A stretch of 64,000 bases of DNA, from NCBI GenBank assembly GCA_965203355.1, contig OZ241889.1, forward strand, positions 3,552,001 to 3,616,000, given 5' to 3'. Below are positions 49,217 to 58,283 of this stretch, in pieces; the first letter of the stretch is position 1, and each line of letters opens with the position of its first letter. This stretch comes from Candidatus Latescibacterota bacterium. Its GTDB lineage: Bacteria; Latescibacterota; UBA2968; UBA8231. The notes under the pieces were generated by a model. It was given only the letters and a program-made list of their open reading frames with translations, was not told where the DNA came from and ran no database searches. The position numbers and the translations under genes are program-made.

Positions 49217-49386
49217 GGGGGGCAATCGCCCGCGAGGTGACGCGCCAGTGGTCAGTGGTCAGTGGTCAGTGGTCAGTCCGCTCCGCTCGTAGGGTGTGGT
49301 GCGGGGACTGGTCACTGGCCACCGGCCACCGGCCACTGATTGGTCAGTGGCCCGCTGGGGGGCAATCGACCGCGAGGTGACACGCC
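49217..49386. repeat. Heptamer-repeat hairpin flanked by 30-bp direct repeats
   Basis: (CAGTGGT)4 arm at 49246-49279 pairs imperfectly with 49305-49338; direct repeats at 49217-49246 and 49357-49386 match at 28/30. Confidence 0.85.
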
Positions 49387-49451
49387 CCGGCTAAAATGTT
49401 AAATTGGCAGGTTATTCGCGCTTTTCCACCCCTGAGAACAGAGGAGTACGC

Positions 49452-50993
49452 ATGAACCTGAGTTGGTTTGACTACGCCATCGTCCTCGTCTATGTCGGCG
49501 GCACCATCGTCGCAGGCACGTTCGCCCGCGGTGCCATCAAGGGCATCTCCGACTTCCTCGTCGCCGGCCGCGGCCTCAAAACCCACATGGCCGTCGCCAC
49601 GATGGTCTCGACCGGCCTCGGGCTGGTAACGGTCATGTACATGGCCGAGGAAGGCTTCAAATACGGCTTCGTGCCTTTCGTCTTTGGCCTCATGGCGCTG
49701 ATCACCACCGCGATCATCGGTCGCACGGGCTTTATCGTCAGCCGCCTGCGCCACTTGCAGATAATGACCGTGCCCGAGTTCTACGAACTCAAGTACACGC
49801 GCGGGGTGCGCCTACTCGGCGGCATCATCCTCACCCTGGCCGGCACCCTCAACATGGGACTGTTTCCCATCCTCGGCAGCAAATTCGTCGTTGGCTTCAC
49901 CGGCCTCGACAAGGAATACGTGAACTACGTCATGGTCGGCATGTTGCTCATCGTCGTCTTCTACACCCTGATGGGCGGCATGGTCTCGGTGGTGCTGACG
50001 GATTTCGCGCAGTTTGTGCTGCTGGCGCTGGGATTTTTCTTCGGCACCTATGTCATTCTCAATCATCCGCAACTCGGCTGGGGCAGCCTCGTCGAAGCCG
50101 TGCAAGTCCACAAAGGCGACATCGGCTTTGACCCGATAGCTAATCCCGGCTACGGCATCTCCATGATCTTGTTTCTATTCTGCGTCGGCTTGGTCGGCGT
50201 GGTCTGGCAACCGGAAATGATGCGGCCGCTGAGCGCCGAAAGCCCCAAGGTGGCCCGCCGCGTGTTCTGGATTTCGGCGGGCACCGTCATGGGGCGGGCG
50301 ATGGTGCCGATGTTTTGGGGCATCGCAACGCTGGCCTATTTTGGCAACCCCGAACTCGACCCGCACTACGCCATGCCCGAAATGCTCGGCAAAATCCTGC
50401 CCATCGGCATCGCCGGGCTGCTCATGGCCGGGATGTTCGCGGCCTTCATGTCCACGCACGATAGCTACCTGCTGGCCTGGAGCGGCGTCATCGTCCGCGA
50501 CGTGGTCTCGCCGATCAAGGCCATGCTCGCCAAGTCGAGCGGCGCACGCCAAGCAGACGGCACTTGGGGCGGGCTGTCGAGCGAGCGCGAGATCTACTGG
50601 ACCCGGGCCATCGTCGTCATCCTCGCGGCCTTCTTGGCCATTTTCGGCGCGCTCTACCAGCTTCCCGAAACCGCCTTCCGCTTTATGTACGTCACCGGCA
50701 GCATCTACTTCTCCGGCTGCGTCGGCACCGTGGCCTTAGGGCTGTATTGGAAAAAGGCCAATACCCCCGGTGCGTACTGCGCCCTAATCCTCGGCGCGCT
50801 GGTGCCGCTCAATTTCCTGATTATGAACGAAAATCAGTACTTGGTCCCCGAGTTTTTGTTGCCACTGGTCGAAAACTCCAACCTCGTCGGCGTTACCAGC
50901 CTAGCCTTGGGCGGCCTCGCCATGCTGGTAGTCGCCTCGCTCACGCAGCGCTCGCACCCGCCGCGCCCTTTAGACTTTAGCAACATGGAGTAA
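49452..50993 (+). CDS. Sodium:solute symporter (SSS) family protein
   Basis: RBS GAGGAG; DFLVAGRGL, TVPEFYE.KY, YTLMGGM.SV..TD..QF, AAFMST.DS. Confidence 0.92.
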   Translation: MNLSWFDYAIVLVYVGGTIVAGTFARGAIKGISDFLVAGRGLKTHMAVATMVSTGLGLVTVMYMAEEGFKYGFVPFVFGLMALITTAIIGRTGFIVSRLRHLQIMTVPEFYELKYTRGVRLLGGIILTLAGTLNMGLFPILGSKFVVGFTGLDKEYVNYVMVGMLLIVVFYTLMGGMVSVVLTDFAQFVLLALGFFFGTYVILNHPQLGWGSLVEAVQVHKGDIGFDPIANPGYGISMILFLFCVGLVGVVWQPEMMRPLSAESPKVARRVFWISAGTVMGRAMVPMFWGIATLAYFGNPELDPHYAMPEMLGKILPIGIAGLLMAGMFAAFMSTHDSYLLAWSGVIVRDVVSPIKAMLAKSSGARQADGTWGGLSSEREIYWTRAIVVILAAFLAIFGALYQLPETAFRFMYVTGSIYFSGCVGTVALGLYWKKANTPGAYCALILGALVPLNFLIMNENQYLVPEFLLPLVENSNLVGVTSLALGGLAMLVVASLTQRSHPPRPLDFSNME

Positions 50994-50997
50994 TGCA

Positions 50998-51177
50998 ATG
51001 GATGTCGAAATTTGGAAAGTCCTCTGGCAGTATGTCTTTATCGTCGCTAGCGTCCTCTTCTACGGCATTGTCATCGCCGTCGCCTACAAGGGCTTTGGCG
51101 ACGTGGCCCAGATGATCCGCAACATGGTCGCCGGCCGCGGGGCCAGCGAATCCGCCGCAGACGCCCAGCACGAGTGA
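50998..51177 (+). CDS. 59-aa single-TM protein, putative symporter accessory subunit (not in ORF track)
   Basis: MDVEIWKVLWQYVFIVASVLFYGIVIAVAYKGFGDVAQMIRNMV...; GGAG RBS; fills the gap exactly, with its TGA overlapping the next GTG. Confidence 0.75.
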   Translation: MDVEIWKVLWQYVFIVASVLFYGIVIAVAYKGFGDVAQMIRNMVAGRGASESAADAQHE

Positions 51178-52769
51178 CGCCGCGCGTCCGCTTAGGAGCC
51201 GCGCTGGCCGGCCTGTGGGCCGCGCTCAGCCACGCCGAAGTGCAGTTTGTCGAGGTGGCAACCGAGGCCGGGATCGCCTTTCGCCATCAAAACGGAGCCC
51301 AGGGGCAAAAATACCCAATGGAAACCATGGGCTCGGGCGCAGCCTTTTTCGACTACGATGGCGACGGATGGCTCGACCTCTACTTCGTCAACAGCGTTGG
51401 GCCGGGCGCGCTCTACCGCAACGCGCACGCCGGTCAGTTCACCGATGCCACCGACCCGGCCGACGCGGCCCATTCGGGCTACGGGTTGGGCTGTGCCGCC
51501 GCCGACTACGACGCAGACGGCGACTTGGACTTGTACATCACGGCGTACGGCCCCAACATCCTCTACCGCAACGAAGGCACGGGCCGGTTCGCAGACGTCG
51601 CCGACCAAGCCGGCGTGGCCGGCCCCGTCCTAGCCAATCCAGCCATGAGTACGGGCGCGGCCTTTGCCGACTGCGATTTAGATGGCGACTTGGACTTCTT
51701 CGTCGCCAATTACGCCAAGTTTCGCCCGGCGATCCACGAGCCCTGCCTCCGCTCCGGGATGGCGGTGTACTGCGGGCCGGAGGCCTTTGAGCCGCAGCGC
51801 GACGTCTTTTATCGCAACGAAGGGGACGCAACTTTTGCCGATGTCACCGAGGAAGTCGGGTTGCTGCCGGACGCCGCCAAGGAGTTAGGGGCCTTTTTCA
51901 TCGACTACGACCGCGACGGCGATCCCGACTTGTACGCGGCCGGCGACCGCACCCCCAACTTGCTCTACCGCAACGACAACGGCCGCTTTGCCGAGATCGG
52001 CGCTTTGGCCGGCGTGGCCTACAACGACGCCGGCAAACCGCTGGCCGGCATGGGGGTTGACGTGGGCGACTACGACGGCGATGGCTGGTTCGACTTCTTC
52101 GTCACTAACTATCAGTGGGAGACCAACAGCCTGTACCGCAACCTCGGCAACGGCTTTTTCGCCGACGCGACCTTTCAGGCTGGGCTGGGGGTTCCCAGCT
52201 TGCCGTTTCTCGCCTGGGGCACCCTCTTCATCGACTACGACAACGACGGCGACCGCGATCTGTTTGTCGCCAACGGCCATCTCGACGACAACATTCACCT
52301 GTTCGACGCCGTGACGTATGAGCAGCAAAACCAGCTCTTCCGCAATCAAGCAGGCCGCTTTGCCGACGCGAGCAATCAGGTGGGGCCGGGCCTCTTGCGG
52401 CGGCAAGTGAGTCGCGGCGCGGCCATGGGCGACTACGACAACGACGGCGACATCGACATCGCCGTAGCCAACAACAACCAACCGGCCGCGCTCTTGCGCA
52501 ACGACGGCGGCAACGCCCAGCACTATTTGAGCTTGCGGTTGGTCGGGAACTTTGTCGGAGCCGCCGTCCGCGTCGCCGCCGACGACTGGGTGCGGTGGGA
52601 TGTGGTGCGCGCCGGGTCGAGCTACATGTGCCAAAGCGCAATGCGTCCCTTTTTTGGCTTGGGCGCGCGCACCCGCGTCGATGCCGTGGAAATCCACTGG
52701 CCTAGCGGCGCTGTGCAGCGCTTACAGGACATCGCCGCCGACCAAATTCTAACCGTCCACGAGCCTTGA
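51174..52769 (+). CDS. CRTAC1-family protein (FG-GAP + ASPIC/UnbV)
   Basis: Signal peptide; DYDGDG repeats; FFGLG...WPSG; close paralog of 12172-13800. Confidence 0.92.
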   Translation: MTPRVRLGAALAGLWAALSHAEVQFVEVATEAGIAFRHQNGAQGQKYPMETMGSGAAFFDYDGDGWLDLYFVNSVGPGALYRNAHAGQFTDATDPADAAHSGYGLGCAAADYDADGDLDLYITAYGPNILYRNEGTGRFADVADQAGVAGPVLANPAMSTGAAFADCDLDGDLDFFVANYAKFRPAIHEPCLRSGMAVYCGPEAFEPQRDVFYRNEGDATFADVTEEVGLLPDAAKELGAFFIDYDRDGDPDLYAAGDRTPNLLYRNDNGRFAEIGALAGVAYNDAGKPLAGMGVDVGDYDGDGWFDFFVTNYQWETNSLYRNLGNGFFADATFQAGLGVPSLPFLAWGTLFIDYDNDGDRDLFVANGHLDDNIHLFDAVTYEQQNQLFRNQAGRFADASNQVGPGLLRRQVSRGAAMGDYDNDGDIDIAVANNNQPAALLRNDGGNAQHYLSLRLVGNFVGAAVRVAADDWVRWDVVRAGSSYMCQSAMRPFFGLGARTRVDAVEIHWPSGAVQRLQDIAADQILTVHEP

Positions 52770-52904
52770 TGGCAGCGGCGTTGCCCGATCTCGCCGCAGG
52801 TATTGTATTATGGCGCGATTAGTAGTTGTGTGCTTTACCTGTTTGCTCTAAGGTTTCAAGTTCATAAGCGACTCAATCCGCACCTCCCCAAGGGAGTGTT
52901 TTCG

Positions 52905-55432
52905 ATGGCAAAGCGTTTTTTGTGCGTCACCGCCTTCTTGTTGCCCGTCGTCTTGTTTGCACAAGACCGTCGAGGCGAGGATTATACCCGTTGGGGCTTG
53001 CCCGACGGTGCTGTCGCCCGTCTGGGCAAAGGCGGGGTTAGCACGGTGGCCTATTCGCCGGACGGTACGCGGCTGGCGGTCGGCGGCAGCATTGGTATCT
53101 GGCTATACGATGCCGCGACCGGGGCCGAAGTCGCCTTTCTCTCAGGCCATACGTCTTGGATCCGTTCGGTGGCATTTTCGCCGGATGGACTGACCCTCGC
53201 CACTGCCAGCGAAGACAGCACGATTCGGTTATGGGACGTGGCCACCAGAAAGCAACAGGCCATCCTACAAGGCCATACATGGTACGTCAATTCGGTGGCC
53301 TTTGCGCCGAATGGACTGACCCTCGCCACTGCCGGTACCGACGAGACGGTTCGGTTATGGGACGTGGCCACCAGAAAGCAACAGGCCGTCCTACACCATA
53401 CGTCTGGGGTCCGTTCGGTGGCCTTTGCGCCGGATGGACTGACCCTCGCCACTGCCAGTAGCGACGAAGTTCGGTTATGGGACGTGGCCACCAGAAAGCA
53501 ACAGGCCATCCTACAAGGCCATACGAATCCGGTCAATTCGGTGGCCTTTGCGCCGGATGGACTGACCCTCGCCACTGCCAGCGAAGACAGCACGATTCGG
53601 TTATGGGACGTGGCCACCAGAAAGCAACAGGCCGTCCTACAAGGCCATACGAGAATCGTCTCATCAGTGGCCTTTGCGCCGAATGGACTGACCCTTGCCA
53701 CTGCTAGTTGGGACGAAACGGTTCGGTTATGGGACGTGGCCACCAGAAAGCAACAGGCCGTCCTACACCTACACCATACGTCTTGGGCTTGGGTCCGTTC
53801 GGTGGCCTTTGCGCCGGATGGACTGACCCTTGCCACTGCTAGTTGGGACGAAACGGTTCGGTTATGGGACGTGGCCACCAGAAAGCAACAGGCCGTCCTA
53901 CAAGGCCATACGAGAATCGTCTCATCAGTGGCCTTTGCGCCGAATGGACTGACCCTTGCCACTGCTAGTTGGGACGAAACGGTTCGGTTATGGGACGTGG
54001 CCACCAGAAAGCAACAGGCCGTCCTACACCTACACCATACGTCTTGGGCTTGGGCTTGGGTCCGTTCGGTGGCCTTTGCGCCGGATGGACTGACCCTCGC
54101 CACTGCCAGTAGCGACGAGACAGTTCGGTTATGGGACGTGGCCACCAGAAAGCAACAGGCCGTCCTACAAGGCCATACGAATCCGGTCAATTCGGTGGCC
54201 TTTGCGCCGAATGGACTGACCCTTGCCACTGCTAGTTGGGACGAAACGGTTCGGTTATGGGACGTGGCCACCAGAAACAACAGGCCGTCCTACAAGGCCA
54301 TACGAGAATCGTCTCATCAGTGGCCTTTGCGCCGAATGGACTGACCCTTGCCACTGCCAGTAGCGACGAAACGGTTCGGTTATGGGACGTGGCCACCGAG
54401 CAGCAACAGGCCATCCTACAAGGCCATACGAATCGGGTCAATTCGGTGGCCTTTGCACCGAACGGGCAAACCCTCGCCACTGCCAGTGAGGACGAAACGG
54501 TTCGGTTATGGGACGTGGCCACCAGACAGCAACAGGCCGTCCTACAAGGCCATACGAATCCGGTCAATTCGGTGGCCTTTGCGCCGAACGGGCAAACCCT
54601 CGCCACTGCCAGCGACGACGAAACGGTTCGGTTATGGGACGTGGCCACCAGACAGCAACAGGCCGTCCTACAAGGCCATACGAATCCGGTCAATTCGGTG
54701 GCCTTTGCGCCGAACGGGCAAACCCTCGCCACTGCCAGCGACGACGAAACGGTTCTACTGTGGGATGTCTCAGGCGGCTTGACGGGTATTGTGCGGCATT
54801 TCCGGCGTACTGATGACGATAGGACGGCTCGGTCACAAGAGGTGGCCACTAGGCAGCAACAGGCTGTCCTACAAGGCCATACGAATCGGGTCAATTCGGT
54901 GGCCTTTGCGCCGAACGGGCAAACCCTCGCCACTGCCAGCGACGACGAAACGGTTCGGTTATGGGACGTGGCTACTGGGCAGCAACAGGCCGTCCTACAA
55001 GGCCATACGAGTTGGGTCTTATCAGTGGCGTTTTCGCCGGATGGGCAAACTCTCGCCACTGCCAGTTGGGACGGCACGATTCTGCTGTGGGACATGGCCC
55101 CCTATATCCTCGCCGCGACCTCGACAGCCGTTGACGCGGCAGTGCCCGTGCCGACCCAGACCGCACTCCTGCCCAACTATCCCAATCCCTTCAACAGCCG
55201 CACCCAACTGGCCTACCGGTTAGCCGCCCCCGGCTTGGTGCGGCTGGACATCTACAACGCCTTGGGACAGCCGGTGCGCACACTGGTGAATCAGATTCAG
55301 GACGCCGGGGAATACCAAGTAGCTTGGGACGCCCGCGACGGGCAGGGGGCGGCGGTGGCCACCGGCTACTATGTGACGCGGCTTTCTTATCCGGGCGGGC
55401 GGCTGACGCGCCCATTACTCTATATCAAGTAG
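52905..55432 (+). pseudogene. WD40-repeat protein with C-terminal FlgD-Ig (T9SS type A-like) domain, split by a 1-bp deletion
   Basis: Signal peptide; LPDGAVARLGKG; about 16 WD40 repeats; the repeat unit AGAAAGCAAC reads AGAAACAAC near 54277; tail NYPNPFN...WDARD...LLYIK. Confidence 0.8.
53140..55095 (+). repeat. Near-identical ~126-bp coding tandem repeats (WD40)
   Basis: Recurrent CGGTTATGGGACGTGGCCACCAGA...CAACAGGCCGTCCTACAAGGCCATACG. Confidence 0.95.
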
Positions 55433-55487
55433 CATTATTCCTGTCCAAAAGGAGACCGCATCATGCAAGCCCTTGCCACCTTTGACG

Positions 55488-56237
55488 ATGCCCACCACGC
55501 TGTCCCCGGACGAATTGGCCGCCTTGCAGCAGCGCATCGACGACATCATGCTGGGCCGCGTCCGCTACCAACACATGCGCTTGCAGGTCGTCGAAGCGGA
55601 TGGCACAGTGCGCCGCACCCTGGGCAACGAGGTGCCGACGCGCGCGTACCGGCGCATCGACGATCTAGAGCAAGACCCGCTCTTCCTCGCCTATATCCAG
55701 CACCCGCTCTTCCACCAGATCGCCCGCCGCTACATCGGCGAGGAAGTCTCGGTCTTCCGCTCAATGTTTATGAATAAACCGCCCGAACTACGCCGCGAAC
55801 TGCCTTGGCATCAGGACGTGGGCATTGGCTGGGGCATCGACACCAACCCCATCGTCACCGTGTGGACGGCACTCGACGACGCGACCCCGGCCACCGGCTG
55901 CATGCAGATCGCGCCGGGCAGCAACAAGCACGGCATCATCAACGAGCAACACTTTCTCTCCGCCGAGCAAGAAGCCCTATACACGCCCCCAGAAGCGGTG
56001 ATCGACTTGGAAGCCCAGGCCGGGGAGGCCATTCTGCTGCACAACTTTCTGCTGCATCGCTCGGGTACCAACGCCACCGCGGCGGCGCGCCGCGCTTTTA
56101 GCGCGACCTATATGGATGCCGCAACCCGCACCCGGGACACCCGCCAACCCTTTCCCGTGGTCTTTGGCGCACAGGCGCTAGACCCGGCGACGGTCCACGG
56201 CAAACCGGCCGAGTTGGTCGCCCAGTTTTACGGCTGA
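55488..56237 (+). CDS. Phytanoyl-CoA dioxygenase (PhyH)-family Fe/2OG oxygenase; 5' end possibly damaged
   Basis: PWHQD, VWTALDDA...GCM..PGS, LHRSGTN...RRA. The strong RBS/ATG at 55463 is out of frame. Confidence 0.85.
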   Translation: MPTTLSPDELAALQQRIDDIMLGRVRYQHMRLQVVEADGTVRRTLGNEVPTRAYRRIDDLEQDPLFLAYIQHPLFHQIARRYIGEEVSVFRSMFMNKPPELRRELPWHQDVGIGWGIDTNPIVTVWTALDDATPATGCMQIAPGSNKHGIINEQHFLSAEQEALYTPPEAVIDLEAQAGEAILLHNFLLHRSGTNATAAARRAFSATYMDAATRTRDTRQPFPVVFGAQALDPATVHGKPAELVAQFYG

Positions 56238-56256
56238 TTCCCGCGTTAGCAAGCTA

Positions 56257-58209
56257 ATGTCAACAACGCCCGAGCCGACCGCAGACCCAGTACCGGCTTT
56301 TACCGCCAAATCCGTGCTGGTCGGATGCGCTGGAGCCTTTAGCGTGTCGGCCGGGGCCGCCTACGGCACGCTCTATTTGCACGGTTCTTTTATGGCGCTG
56401 GGCACCAGTATGCCTGGGGCCGTGTTCCTCCTCTTCCTGCTAACCCTTTTTATCAATCCCCTGCTCAAGCTCTGCCACCCACGCTTGGGACTCAATCGGC
56501 GCGAACTGCTGGTCGTCTATGTTATGATGGTGATGGCCTCGCCGATTCCAACCCTCTTTGTCGGCAAGTTCCTCAGTGCCATTAGCTATCCCTTTTACTA
56601 CGCCACCGCTGAAAACGAGTGGCGGGAACTGATCCATCCCTACATCCCGGACTGGCTGATGGTCCACGATCTGGAAACCGCGCGCAAATTTTACGAGGGC
56701 AGTGGCCGCGACGAACCCATTCCTTGGGCCGTATGGCGCAGCGTCATCGGGGTGTGGACGCCCTTTATCTGCGCCCTCTTCCTAATGATGATTTCCTGCA
56801 TGGCGATTCTCCGCAAACAGTGGATCGAACACGAGCGCCTGATCTATCCGCTGATGCAGGTGCCGCTGGCCATGACCGAAGAAGGCGAGGCCGACCAAAA
56901 ACTAAGTCCCTTTTTCAAAAACCCCGTCATGTGGGCCGGCTTTGCCATCCCCGCGCTGTGGGGCACGTTGCACGGGCTGTACAACTACTTTCCCGCAATC
57001 ATTCCCATCGCCCAGGACGTCGATCCGATACGCATGGAGGTGCCGGTTTTTCGCCGCACCGCCGATCTGTATGTCGCGCTGCGCTTCAACATCATCGGCT
57101 TCTTCTATTTTCTCAAGACCGATATCGCCTTCAGCCTGTGGTTTTTCAACCTGATCTCTTTTGCAGTGCGCGGCATTTTTGGCATACTCGGCGTGGTCAG
57201 CACCCAGACCGGCGGCGCCGGCCACGCCGTGCGCGATCCCTTTTTGGCCTATCAGTCCATGGGGGCGATTCTCGTGCTCTTTTTGGGCGGCATCTGGACG
57301 GCGCGCAAGCATCTGCAAGGCGTGTGGCGCAAGGCTTTCAAAGGCGACGATAGCATCGACGACAGCGACGAAATCCTCTCCTACCGCGCGGCCCTGATCG
57401 CGCTCGCGGTCTCTTGTCTGGTGATCGTGGGTTGGCTGTGGCTGGCCGGACTGCCGCTGATTTTCGGGCTGGCTATTCTCTTCTTGGGCGTCGTCGTCAT
57501 CTTTGGCTACTCGCGGGTGGTAGCCGAAGGCGGGCTTTCAGACGGCTCGCCGCCGGTGGTGCCAGCCGGGATTTTGGTGTCCGCAGTGGGTTCGTCGGTC
57601 ATCGGTGCCCAAGGGTTAGTTGTGTTGGCGACGACCTTCCTGTGGACCACCGGGCGCAATTTCGTCATGGTCTCCTGCGCCAACAGTCTGCGGCTGGGCG
57701 AGGAGTTGGGGCGCAACCGCCGACCGCTCTTTTGGATCATCGCACTCGCGCTGGTCGTGGCCGTGGCCGCAGCCGTGTGGATGGTGATGCTACTCAGCCA
57801 CAAGTACGGGGCGATCAACCTGTGGATCTGGAGCGGTGGCAATTACAGTTACATAGAGAAAGTCCTCCGCACACCGACCGATTTCTACGGCTGGGGCTGG
57901 GTCAATGTGGGGATTGGCGCGGCCATTATGACCGGCCTGATGGTCGCGCGCTGGCTCTACGTGTGGTGGCCGCTGCATCCGCTGGGCTACGTGATCGGGC
58001 CGATCTGGATCATGGACCACTTGTGGTTCAATATGTTCATTGCTTGGGGAATCAAGGTCCTCGTGCTCAAATACGGGGGGGTGCGGCTCTATCTGAAGAC
58101 GCGGCCCTTTTTCATGGGGATGATCCTCGGCTATTTCACGCCCGGCGGGTTCTACCTGATCGTCGATCATTTCACTGGCATGACTTGGAACGTGATATTC
58201 TGGGGTTGA
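56257..58209 (+). CDS. Second DUF6785/DUF6784-like membrane protein
   Basis: Colinear with 44426-46336: LRKQWIEHERLIYPL, DDSDEILSYR, WWPLHPLG, PFFMGMILG. Confidence 0.8.
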   Translation: MSTTPEPTADPVPAFTAKSVLVGCAGAFSVSAGAAYGTLYLHGSFMALGTSMPGAVFLLFLLTLFINPLLKLCHPRLGLNRRELLVVYVMMVMASPIPTLFVGKFLSAISYPFYYATAENEWRELIHPYIPDWLMVHDLETARKFYEGSGRDEPIPWAVWRSVIGVWTPFICALFLMMISCMAILRKQWIEHERLIYPLMQVPLAMTEEGEADQKLSPFFKNPVMWAGFAIPALWGTLHGLYNYFPAIIPIAQDVDPIRMEVPVFRRTADLYVALRFNIIGFFYFLKTDIAFSLWFFNLISFAVRGIFGILGVVSTQTGGAGHAVRDPFLAYQSMGAILVLFLGGIWTARKHLQGVWRKAFKGDDSIDDSDEILSYRAALIALAVSCLVIVGWLWLAGLPLIFGLAILFLGVVVIFGYSRVVAEGGLSDGSPPVVPAGILVSAVGSSVIGAQGLVVLATTFLWTTGRNFVMVSCANSLRLGEELGRNRRPLFWIIALALVVAVAAAVWMVMLLSHKYGAINLWIWSGGNYSYIEKVLRTPTDFYGWGWVNVGIGAAIMTGLMVARWLYVWWPLHPLGYVIGPIWIMDHLWFNMFIAWGIKVLVLKYGGVRLYLKTRPFFMGMILGYFTPGGFYLIVDHFTGMTWNVIFWG

Positions 58210-58216
58210 TTTACAT

Positions 58217-58247
58217 TTGACAGGCATCTGCCATTTTGCGTTATATT
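58217..58247 (+). promoter_or_regulatory. Possible sigma70-type promoter
   Basis: TTGACA at 58217-58222 and TATATT at 58242-58247; the 19-nt spacing is longer than optimal. Confidence 0.35.
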
Positions 58248-58283
58248 CGCCGTGAGAGTTCCTGCTTTCAGGAGATGGCCGAT

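Noticed and set aside
49217-49386. Mini-CRISPR (two 30-bp repeats)
   Set aside because: Only two copies, the 110-nt interval is itself a heptamer hairpin, and there are no cas genes.
53140-55095. CRISPR array or DGR target
   Set aside because: Repeats are in-frame WD40 coding units with no unique spacers. No cas or reverse transcriptase gene is present, and variation is not confined to adenines.
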